A stretch of 64,000 nucleotides of DNA from Epithemia pelagica (taxonomy: Eukaryota; Protista; Bacillariophyta): the NCBI GenBank assembly GCA_946965045.2, contig OX337231.1, forward strand, positions 3,782,001 through 3,846,000, written 5' to 3'. Positions 11,761 through 21,280 of this stretch are shown one piece after another; the stretch's first letter is position 1, and each line of letters begins with the position of its first letter. The translations under genes and the position numbers were made by a program. The notes beneath the pieces were generated by a model. That model worked only from the letters and a program-made list of their open reading frames with translations, had not been told where the DNA came from and searched no databases.

Positions 11761-13821
11761 CTAAAATGGGTTGGGTTTGGTTAAACTTGGACGGTCGTCT
11801 TCTCTCCACCTGTTCAAGGAGTCAAAGTGGTGTTTTGCATCCTCCGCACACAACACTTTGGCAACCGGGGTCTGGAAGGAAACCGTATTACCGTCACGAC
11901 TTTCTTGATTGAAGACCCTGTCAACCATTTCTTGTAGCTTGACATGATGCTGGTGGACCCATGTGTTACCGGGGAAATCGGGATCTTCGGGGTCAATCAA
12001 ATCTGCATAAAAATACATGAGTGGAATGCATTGTCCCGATGTGGCCAACACGTGCACTAGACCGTTGCGGCCGACAAGGGTATCGCCCCGTTCGTGAAAA
12101 CGTTGTGTGGTGAGCATTCCCCGGAGACGCGCCACCATGATGCAGATTCGTCCGTATCGACCACAATACGAGTAAGGATCGTTGGCGGTATATATTCCAT
12201 CCCCAAAAGACGAACCGTTGGTAGAAACCCGAATCAGTTTGGAATCTCGTTCCTCTTTTGTGAGCAATCCGTTGGTTTGGATTCGACCTAAATTTTCTAG
12301 CCGTGTCCAGTGGTATCCAATATCCACATGGACGGGTTTGCGTTGATGCCGATACTCGTTTTGTGTGGTAATCAGCTTTTCCGCCATGGGAATCATATCA
12401 TCCAATGCAATGGCCTGGATCCAACTTGTTTCTTTCATGGCGTATGAGACCGGTGTTGTCTGCAACCTCAGACGTGACTGCTCCAGGGATTGTTGGAGTC
12501 GGCATTCTTGTTGGAGATTCAACACGAGTTCCACCAATTGCCAGGCTCGTCCCGTATGTGTGGAGGCAAAGTGGACATGTTCCAGTCCTCTTGTATAGCG
12601 TTGATCACAGAGATCGAATTGTTGTTGCGAGGCCCTGGCATAGTCGGCATCGCTGCGCCAAATTAGCCCTAATTCTTCGGCACCGCTCTTGGCACATTCA
12701 ATGACGGGAGCATCCAAATCATCTAGTTTCTGGGCATGCTTACAGGAAGGCCAGTAATATGTGATGCCCTCCATCGGGCAAACCGCTTCTGTTTTATCTT
12801 GAATAGATACTGGAAATGGTTTCGTATGCTCGTCTTCATACACACTCCCAAGTTCGACAAGAGATTCTTTAATTGCTTGTGCGAGATCTGCATCATATTC
12901 TTCATCCAGTTCTGTGGGCTGCTGGTGAGGAACGCCATCTTTTTCTGTTGGTTGTAGTTCTTTGCCTGTGCGATCCTTGGAGTTTTGTTTCTGTGCGCGA
13001 TCGCCAATGCATGGCTTGGGATACAGGGTGCCTTTCATGGAATCGGCCTCTTCTTTGGCATCTTGACCGTGCATTACGGAAGGCTTCTTTTTCTGGTCGT
13101 CTTCATTCCCAAACTTGACGGCGAGAGATGCATCAATAGCTGCGGCTAGATCTGCGTCGTAATCCTCCTCTTGCTCTACTGTATTTTGTTTGGGAGAATC
13201 CAAGAGTTGGCTCATGTCCTGGAAGGGTACAACAAGAGCCCTGGCATTGGCCTCGTCGCTCAAAGTACTCTGATTTGGTGCTGCAGCACCAACTCGCAGA
13301 GCATTTCCTTCAGTATTCTGACTGCTGCTGGTGTACTTTCCCTGGTGGTGTACATTCCCAAGTTTGGCTAGAGATACCGTAAGAGCCGTTGCGAGATCTG
13401 CGTCATAATCTTCGTTGGGTTCTGTACGTTGCAAGTCTGAAACACCACCTTTTTCGCCTGGCGGTGGCTTTGAGTGTGTGTCGTAAACGAACACTGCGTC
13501 TTTGAGGGATTCCTGCATGGCTCTGGTAAGGTCGTCATCATCATCCTCAACCTCGTCGAGGATATGGCTGCCATACAAATCGTCGTCCTCGTCGACGACA
13601 TGGTTGCCGTACGAGCAGGCCTGTGGATCTACTTCCGAGACACTTTGTTCAAGTCCACCACGGGTTATACTGGCCGGGTGATCTTTGCATTTGGTCCTAT
13701 CCACGTCTCCTACTAAGGCTCTTTCGGAAGGACACTCTTCATTTGGGGACCGTGTTGTCGCGGATTCAGCTTCCCTCTCAAGGGTCTCTTCTTGGTGCTG
13801 TTCGTTTGTTCTGGAATTCAT
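11761..13821 (-). CDS. UIM-repeat plus PARP-like (H-Y clade) ADP-ribosyltransferase domain protein, 686 aa
   Basis: Four UIM-like repeats (DDDDLTRAMQESL, DYDADLATALTVSL, DYDADLAAAIDASL, EYDADLAQAIKESL). C-terminal GYHWT..NLGRIQTNGL..NGSSFGDGIYTA..YG, then VHVL..GQCIPL. Confidence 0.75.
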   Translation of the reverse strand: MNSRTNEQHQEETLEREAESATTRSPNEECPSERALVGDVDRTKCKDHPASITRGGLEQSVSEVDPQACSYGNHVVDEDDDLYGSHILDEVEDDDDDLTRAMQESLKDAVFVYDTHSKPPPGEKGGVSDLQRTEPNEDYDADLATALTVSLAKLGNVHHQGKYTSSSQNTEGNALRVGAAAPNQSTLSDEANARALVVPFQDMSQLLDSPKQNTVEQEEDYDADLAAAIDASLAVKFGNEDDQKKKPSVMHGQDAKEEADSMKGTLYPKPCIGDRAQKQNSKDRTGKELQPTEKDGVPHQQPTELDEEYDADLAQAIKESLVELGSVYEDEHTKPFPVSIQDKTEAVCPMEGITYYWPSCKHAQKLDDLDAPVIECAKSGAEELGLIWRSDADYARASQQQFDLCDQRYTRGLEHVHFASTHTGRAWQLVELVLNLQQECRLQQSLEQSRLRLQTTPVSYAMKETSWIQAIALDDMIPMAEKLITTQNEYRHQRKPVHVDIGYHWTRLENLGRIQTNGLLTKEERDSKLIRVSTNGSSFGDGIYTANDPYSYCGRYGRICIMVARLRGMLTTQRFHERGDTLVGRNGLVHVLATSGQCIPLMYFYADLIDPEDPDFPGNTWVHQHHVKLQEMVDRVFNQESRDGNTVSFQTPVAKVLCAEDAKHHFDSLNRWREDDRPSLTKPNPF

Positions 13822-14268
13822 GATCTAGGTGCTCGTTTCGGCGAGATTACTTTTAGATATGGATCCCAATGATCACACGGCCAACGACAATGGTCCTTTC
13901 GGACCTACCTGACTCACTGCATCGTTTCCAGGACGGATGCGTTGCGGTACGTGAAAGTCGCATTTGCTTGTACATCGTTCCCACCAAAACTTGATTTCCC
14001 ATTTTGATCTCTATCAACTCCGCAAATGAGACGTGGAAAGTTGCGGGTCTCGGCTTGTTCACAAATTCTCAGCGGTTGTAGTGAATCTCTTTTATTTAAC
14101 CCAATTGGAGAAATAATTGATATCCAAACGATGAGGACTACAATATGCGACCGGATGGATGTACACAGGAGAGACAGACAGACGCTCGATCCGCATTCCA
14201 TCCGTTATCCCAGAGTCGCCTTTCCTCATAAAATTGAAAACGACACAAACCTCAAGCGACAGACAAAC

Positions 14269-16101
14269 ATGGAAATGACCAAAGTGCGGATATCGCCAAC
14301 AGCAGCGTCCTCCTCGTCAGCATTGGACCATTCACGTTGGAATCATTCTGTTTCCCAGATCCAACGGTACGTTGCCCGTTTCGAAGACAGCGTCTTTCAA
14401 AAGGCATTGCAACGACTTCAGGTGGACAAGGCCCGTCATTCGTCGGATTCCGAGGTCTGGGCCCAGGCAGTCGCCCTAGCTTGGGGCAATGCGCAGGACC
14501 CCCACCATGGTCGTGCCGTCTTGTTGGAACAAGACCGACATGTGTGTATGAGCCTCTTGTATGACATGGTGGATGATTGGGCCACGGTGGGATTTTCTCC
14601 CCACTTTGCCCGAGCCATGCGCACCGTCTTTTCCCTCCGGCGCATTGTGGAGATTCTGGCAGTGGGCTTGGTCCTGACGCGGGCGCAGACACTCTATCAA
14701 GTGATTCTTCCGGGGAGTGCGACTCGAGATGGGCGACCCCTTGTGGGAACCCATTGGTTTTGTGAACTTCATAATAGTACAATGATGGGACCACAAACCA
14801 CTGCTGAGAAATCTCCCTCCACCAGTCCACCGGTATCCTCCATCACTTGTGGAGCAACCATTCCAAATCCGAGCCGAAGCTGCATGAAAGTGCCCGGCAC
14901 CATGGATCGTCGGTTATATCGCTTGTTGTATAGTCCGGAATTAGGTCTACAACGCATTCCAGCCATTGCTCAATGGTCCCAACCGCAAGCGGCACCCCTG
15001 GTGGTCCATGGGTATCCTCCCGCCCCTACACGGGTCCGTCCTCCACCACGACAAGACCCACCCACCCGCACCGAACAACCAATGACCACCAATACTACCG
15101 CATGGGTGCGTGGTCCACAGCAGTCGCTCCCGAACCAACAAGCCATGAGGATTCCAACCCAACCAAACGCGCCATTTCATCCTCCTGCAGGTGTCATTGT
15201 CCTCCTGGGTGGATCGATTCCACAAACCTTTCCCGACGATTTGCACTTTGTGTGTGGGTGTTCCAATTTTGAACCCGTCGAAAGTGACTTTGTCGTGCGC
15301 ACACCAAAACACGACGACGACTGGAGGAATGCCGAGTCCAAACCAGAACGGATTCGGCACCTCGTGCAACAAGGTCTCGCCTCTTGGGCCGAACCCCAAA
15401 CACCACAAGACCCAAACGACGAGGAGGATGCATCTGGTTCCTCTTGTATGGTAGCAAGACCAGCCGCACCTCGGTCTATCGCCGCCGCGACCACCAAGAC
15501 ACAGCAGACACTGGGCCTTACCGTGGGCCACAATGAACTGTTTCGAGAAATTGCTCGTTTCCATTTTCAAGAGAAAAAACTGCATGCTGCCCCAGTTGCA
15601 GACGAGTCCCAGCAGCAGCACATCACCTCCTCCGCACCGACTGCTGGTGTGGATCATCCAAGAAACGGCAACAACAACAATAACACTAACAATTGTTCGG
15701 TTTCTCCCGTGCGTCCGGAAACCCGAGACGTGATACACAAGGCCCATTGCGTGGCACAACACCTCCAGAAAAGTAGTAGCAAGCATTCTCGACGACGACA
15801 CGCCAAGACAAAGGCTCTTGCTGTTGCCAAAACAAAGAAGAAGAAGGCGCGCTTTCGCATTTGGAAACCCTTGTTGGGACCCACGGTTCGACGCCTCAAG
15901 GCAAGTCAGTGGTCGACGGTCCAGTTTGTCGAAATTACCGACAATGTCGGTCATTGCAAACACATGCTCGAGCCTCTGTTGCGCAAAGCACGACAGTTGG
16001 CCGTCACTTCATTGTCGTTGTCATGCTCCCAACCAACGAACGGTGTGCTTCCCCAACCTGCTGCTACCGGCACCAACGCAGCGGCCCGCATGGAAGCATG
16101 A
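14269..16101 (+). CDS. Unrecognised helical-domain family, copy B, with a long Pro-rich and basic C-terminal extension
   Basis: Likely start MEMTKV at 14269. Shares FQ..L.RL, WA, DP.H, C..L.YD.V..W, F..RR..IL...LV..RAQ.LY and TM.RRLY..GL...I..W with copy A. Confidence 0.75.
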   Translation: MEMTKVRISPTAASSSSALDHSRWNHSVSQIQRYVARFEDSVFQKALQRLQVDKARHSSDSEVWAQAVALAWGNAQDPHHGRAVLLEQDRHVCMSLLYDMVDDWATVGFSPHFARAMRTVFSLRRIVEILAVGLVLTRAQTLYQVILPGSATRDGRPLVGTHWFCELHNSTMMGPQTTAEKSPSTSPPVSSITCGATIPNPSRSCMKVPGTMDRRLYRLLYSPELGLQRIPAIAQWSQPQAAPLVVHGYPPAPTRVRPPPRQDPPTRTEQPMTTNTTAWVRGPQQSLPNQQAMRIPTQPNAPFHPPAGVIVLLGGSIPQTFPDDLHFVCGCSNFEPVESDFVVRTPKHDDDWRNAESKPERIRHLVQQGLASWAEPQTPQDPNDEEDASGSSCMVARPAAPRSIAAATTKTQQTLGLTVGHNELFREIARFHFQEKKLHAAPVADESQQQHITSSAPTAGVDHPRNGNNNNNTNNCSVSPVRPETRDVIHKAHCVAQHLQKSSSKHSRRRHAKTKALAVAKTKKKKARFRIWKPLLGPTVRRLKASQWSTVQFVEITDNVGHCKHMLEPLLRKARQLAVTSLSLSCSQPTNGVLPQPAATGTNAAARMEA

Positions 16102-17038
16102 ATCCTGCAGTAGTGCATAATCCTGGGCGTTTCGTAAACACGACGTGACGCACGTGCTGTTTGGCAAGTCTCTGTAGAGATTCATCCATCCACATATAAT
16201 AGACAATGAACGAGTGTTGAAATTACGTTCCTCGTGCGTCCTTGCCATTCGATATGGAATCTTTTATTCGTGTCACGGATGGAATTGTGGAACTCTTTTC
16301 CTCTTTCCTGTAGAGAGACCGGTACATCTTGTCTTGTGTATAGTTCTGTAGCGAGAAGAATCCATCTCCAACACCACACAATTGTTGATGTGTGGCCCTT
16401 CAAAAGCCACAAACACAAAATTGTGGAGGCCAAACGGCGAGCCAGCCGATCTGTCGATTTTCATTTCCCCATAAATGGGGGAACGCCGAGGGACCAGCAG
16501 ATGTGGATGGAGACACGGCAACGTCTATTATTTTATACATAGCCGCAACTGTGGAACGAATACAATACGTAGATCATTGGGAGGGATAGCCCTTTTCCTC
16601 AACTCTTGGAAACAGGACACAGATGGATTCCGGTGAGTGAAATCATTGTAGGACAAGGCAGCAACGACGAAATGCAACTTTTGTGCGAATCCATCCATCC
16701 ACAGCAACACAAGGCGCGCGCAAGACAAACGTTGCAACACAGTTTCTCTCTTGTAGAATGCCATTACGACAAACCACCTAGCTAGGTAGAGGCGTGTACC
16801 ATCCACGGCCGAGACTTGGGATTCTACAGAAAGAATCCATCCTTCTTGTTGTCTGTCTGTCTTTCTTCTTCCGGCCGCCTTCTTTTGTTTCGTCTTTGTG
16901 CTACCGGCGTTAGGAGACAATTTTTTTTGTTTGTGTTTGTCATGTGATGGGTTCGTCGCCTCGTTTGGTGATTCTCATTCTACATATATATAGAATATCT
17001 CCAAACATTTTTACTGTTCACTGTTGGACAAAGGCGAT

Positions 17039-17264
17039 AATGAGAGAGTCGGAGGATCGGCGTGCGACAGAGTCTGTCTGTCTGTACGACTATTTCTTCG
17101 CGCCGTTGGACTACTCCCCGGCGGGGGAGAATCATGAGGATTAGAGATGGAATGCACGATGTACAACGCATCGCCATCGATTATGCGGGACTCACCCATA
17201 CCAGGCTTGGGGGTGACACCAACACGGCTGGTCCGCCGTTCCCCCAAATTTGGGGATCATCGAA
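17039..17264 (+). repeat. Left arm of an inverted repeat flanking the spondin gene
   Basis: 17039-17072 is the reverse complement of 18946-18979 (33/34 identical). 17236-17257 is the reverse complement of 18861-18882 (22/22, includes the palindrome CCCCAAATTTGGGG). Confidence 0.85.
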
Positions 17265-17834
17265 ATTTTTGTTGTGCCACAAAATGCTGACTGCGAACTT
17301 TTTTTTTCTCGTAGACGCACCCATTTTTGATGGGATTGCCATAATATTTGGCCCAAGACGTCGTCCTATTCGACCACGAGGATTTATAGTATATTTGATA
17401 TAGAGAATGCCCCAAACTAATAATTTCTCGACGATAAGGCCCAAAACTTCGTGAGCAGACTCTGCTGCCGAACTGTCCACCAGCCAACGAGAAACAGACT
17501 CCACAAAAATTGGAGTAGGCTAGGCTCGCATGTGATAACTTTATATTTTAGGCGTGATGCTCCACTAGTATTTTATGTTTGAGGCGATGGTAGTCCTGCA
17601 CAAGCACAAGAAGCAGATTCCGATGCTATTTAGCCTGGTGGTACAAGCTTGTACCAAGCAGGTGCAGGGTGCTCGTGCACTCATGGGCAATCGTTGGAAT
17701 TTGGCTACGACACGAGTCTTGACAAGCAAACCACCAAAAACGAAAACACTTCCTCCAAATCTTTTTTTCGTCTCACAATTCCACTGGCCCACCAATCGAC
17801 AAGAAGAAGAACAAGACGAAATCATCAGCTCACC

Positions 17835-18554
17835 ATGAAGTTTGCCATTGCCGTCGTTACTACCTTGGTCGTCTCCATGTCCATCCTCACGGAACCGGTC
17901 CAAGCGGGAGGAAAAAAGGAAAGCAAGTCCCGTGCCAAGAGGAACAAGAGGTCCAAAAAGACCTTGAATATCAAGCTGACCAATGCCATGGAACGACAAA
18001 TTTTGTCGCCCTTGTTTTACATGACACACAAGTGTGGGTACAAATTGTGGACGATTGGAGAACCGTCCAGTCCAGCCCTCGAAGTCTTGGCCGAAGATGG
18101 CAATCCCACCCCCTTGGTAGACATGTACGAACATGAGCCCTTTGTCTGTCAAGCCGGACGTACCGATGCACCGACCATGCCCGGCAAAACCACAGTCCTG
18201 AGCTTGGAGGAAGATGATTACAAGTATTGCGATTGTATCACCACGGCTTCCATGTTGATTTCCACCAACGATGCCTTTGCGGGGTTGCTCGACATGCCCC
18301 TTGACGAATTGGTCACGAGCAGTCATCCCACCTTTTCCTTTGCCTTTGATGCGGGAACCGAAGCCAATACAGAACTCTGTGTCGACATTCCCGGTCCTCC
18401 CTGTGACGCCATGTCGGGCAATGTCAACGGCAATGACGATCAGGAAGAGTATGTGCATATTAATCGAGGCATTAGTGGAATCTATGACATTCCCAATCGT
18501 TACGATTGGCGTGCGGCCGTCTTGTTTGCCAATGGATACTATTCGGAATATTAA
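17835..18554 (+). CDS. Secreted single-domain spondin (Spondin_N, bacterial-type) protein
   Basis: Signal peptide MKFAIAVVTTLVVSMSILTEPVQA and a K/R-rich propeptide. Motifs QILSP..TH, LAEDG, ASML.STNDAF.G, DAGTEANTE..IPGPPC, VHINRGI. Confidence 0.85.
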   Translation: MKFAIAVVTTLVVSMSILTEPVQAGGKKESKSRAKRNKRSKKTLNIKLTNAMERQILSPLFYMTHKCGYKLWTIGEPSSPALEVLAEDGNPTPLVDMYEHEPFVCQAGRTDAPTMPGKTTVLSLEEDDYKYCDCITTASMLISTNDAFAGLLDMPLDELVTSSHPTFSFAFDAGTEANTELCVDIPGPPCDAMSGNVNGNDDQEEYVHINRGISGIYDIPNRYDWRAAVLFANGYYSEY

Positions 18555-18844
18555 GGAAAAAAGACGACGACAAGCACACGAAATTGGATTCTTGCTGTGG
18601 AGAAAGTCTCGACCGTGGTTGGTACATGCTTGTGAAACCACATGGAGGGACACAATGGAAATGGATTTGAGAAATTCTTGAGTTTGCTCCAAAGTTTGCC
18701 GTTGGCGCTGTGCTGTGGATAGATGAATTCGCACAATAGTTCCATTCGTCCTTGCTGCCTGGTCCTATGATGGGTATCTTTCCTCTCTCCAGCGAAGTGT
18801 TTTCTCATGGTTCAGGATCATGAGAAGACGGAAGCCAAACATTC

Positions 18845-18979
18845 TTCGATGATCCATGACATCCCCAAATTTGGGGGAACGGTTTACGGACGGTGGACGG
18901 CGCACGGCGCGCGGAATATTTCAAACTGTCGAGCCGACAGGCTCGCTCTGTCGCACGCCGATCCTCCGGCTCTCTCATT
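18845..18979 (-). repeat. Right arm of the inverted repeat flanking the spondin gene
   Basis: Mirror of 17039-17264. Weaker similarity extends outward to about 16995 and 19045. Confidence 0.85.
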
Positions 18980-19710
18980 TCCCCTTCGCCAAACAAATCC
19001 CCAGTCAACAACAAAGTCAACAACAAATGTTTTCGGAGAGATAGGAAGCGACGAAGCTATCACTGGCATAGATGTCCAAATGAGACTCAAAGAGCAACGA
19101 AACATAACAGAGCCTCCCCCATGTACCAAGACGAAGCAAAAGAAGATGGACGATAATCGATTCCCTGGAGTGCCCGGTGGAACAATTCCACAATCCAACC
19201 GGTTCTCTTCGCATCCGACTATTGCAGTCAAAATTCAGTACGAGGCACCGTGTTTCCGTGCACGTTTGACGACGCTTCGTTCTTGTCTTTATCGCAAGAA
19301 CACGCCCCTGCGATACTCTCCCATGTAAACATAGCCGACGACGAGTTTGATTGATTTCGCGACAATCGACCAAATCAGGCAGTCTTTCCTTGTTTGCGTG
19401 CAACCATCAGATCCGGCTACTTGATCCGTGGTGGAAGATCTATTTTTTATCGAATGAGAGGGAGAGAGAGGGAACAAGGCAGTCCATTTGAATCCATGTC
19501 TTGTGGGTTCCCATTCCAAGAATGAAATTCCGATCCTCATGACCTTTGCTCCATCGAAAAAGTGAATTCTACTTGCAGCACGTACCAACGTCATACAAAG
19601 AGAGAAAAAAAGTTTCAACCAAATTGTTCTTAGAGAAGGACATTTACCGATACGTCTGGGATCAAACTGGTATGCTCTCCAATGGGATTGATTTACTTGG
19701 CTTCGACACA

Positions 19711-20385
19711 CTACTCCTTTGTTTTCGGTTCCTCTTTTGGGCACATGGTAACAGAACCAGTTTCACCATCAGTCCGTAGTGGCTGGAACCACCAACGGTG
19801 CAAGACTGGATCCTGCTCGCACAGGCCCAGAATTTTGCTTTGCAGCAACCGATCCAACTGCTTGGAATAATGGTGATTTGAACCCTTTGGATCCAATACT
19901 GTGATACGGGCACGTTCCAGGACCAGACAAACACTCAAAATGCGAAACAACCGACGACGTTTAAACACCAAGACAATGGCCTCTTCAAATACGCTGTCGT
20001 CTTGAGGATCAGCTGGTGGGGAATTCGAATCGTACGCTTGCCAGTGATCCACCAATTGGTACAATAGTTGCAGACAGGCTTGAGAATGTTCGTGCACCTG
20101 GAGGGCTTGCATGTTGGTTGGATCCTGGGCCAAGGTTTGGTACACTGTGGTGGCCCACATGGGTCGATCCTTGCCATGCAGAGACGCCGAACTATCGGCC
20201 CATTGGTACAAGCGTTCCAACCGTTCTTGATACGGCAAGTCATTGTAGGCTTGTACAAGGGGTGCAATCAGCGCCATGGCCGCAGTCAAGTTTGAGGAAC
20301 GATTGCTCTCGTCTGGGGACCAATAATCTCCTCCATTGGTCCCAGTGGGACGCTGTTTCGGGGGAGTCACAGTCGTCGGGGGCAT
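19711..20385 (-). CDS. Unrecognised helical-domain family, copy C (almost the domain alone)
   Basis: First ATG at 20385. YQERLERLY..WATTVYQTLAQDP..CLQLLYQLVDHW..FEEAI..VFKRRRLFRILSVCLVLERA..LGL..W aligns with copies A and B. Confidence 0.8.
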   Translation of the reverse strand: MPPTTVTPPKQRPTGTNGGDYWSPDESNRSSNLTAAMALIAPLVQAYNDLPYQERLERLYQWADSSASLHGKDRPMWATTVYQTLAQDPTNMQALQVHEHSQACLQLLYQLVDHWQAYDSNSPPADPQDDSVFEEAIVLVFKRRRLFRILSVCLVLERARITVLDPKGSNHHYSKQLDRLLQSKILGLCEQDPVLHRWWFQPLRTDGETGSVTMCPKEEPKTKE

Positions 20386-21280
20386 GCTGTGGGGTTTCAA
20401 TACTTTCTGTTCGAGACCAGAGGATGAGCATCACATGGCGTGAGAAATGGTTGGGCACTGGAAACAAAAGCTTTTCCATGGGACAGTTACCTTTGTGATA
20501 TCCGAGCCTAGGTAGTTCAATGATGCTGGTACCAAGCTTTGGTTTCGTTCGGCGCAGGGTTTGTGTCAGCTACGAGAGGACAAGGGTACCAGGCAGGACT
20601 CAAGGCTTGCAGAGAAGGTTGCGATTTTCGAGAGGTTGTAGTGATGGGCTTTTCCGCATCCTCGAGGATGTACGGGAGACTCGAACATCTACTCTAGAGA
20701 AGGATGACCCCTCGCAAGCCACGAGTCCTTTTTTCACAGTTTCCTGGGTTCGATCAAGCACCATCACACTTATACGACATGGAGAGCGACAACGGATGGG
20801 TCACGAAAGTGTTGGAGTGAACAGCAAGAATCGATAGATAGACAGGGAGAATTGTGACGCATGCTGTTCTACGCTTCACTACACACGTCATGCAGGGTGG
20901 TTGAATGTCAGCATTGGTAGCAGTGGGAACTATGATTCTGGTACAAAAGTTCATTCGCGGTACCTTATGCCCGCAACTTGTTGAATTGACTGTTAGTGAC
21001 TGGAGGCTTGTCTTCTGTATTCTCGTTTCTGATTTCGAAGTCCCATCACATCCAACCGCGGATTATCTCAATCGCGCGCGAACAGGCGATGGGGCATTGT
21101 ATGTATGTAATACTCCATTGGTTGATCGTAATATTTGTGGAGCTGAACCAGACAGGGAAATGAATCACTCACTCGCGTTTAACTCTTCTTTTTCCTTCGC
21201 CAAATCAAGACCACCACTCGCGCACGGGCCGTGGAATTGTGTTGGACATTCAATTCAAAGACCCAACGGATGATCAATAG

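Noticed and set aside
17565-18734. 389-aa minus-strand ORF
   Set aside because: Shadow of the spondin gene, with no motifs of its own.
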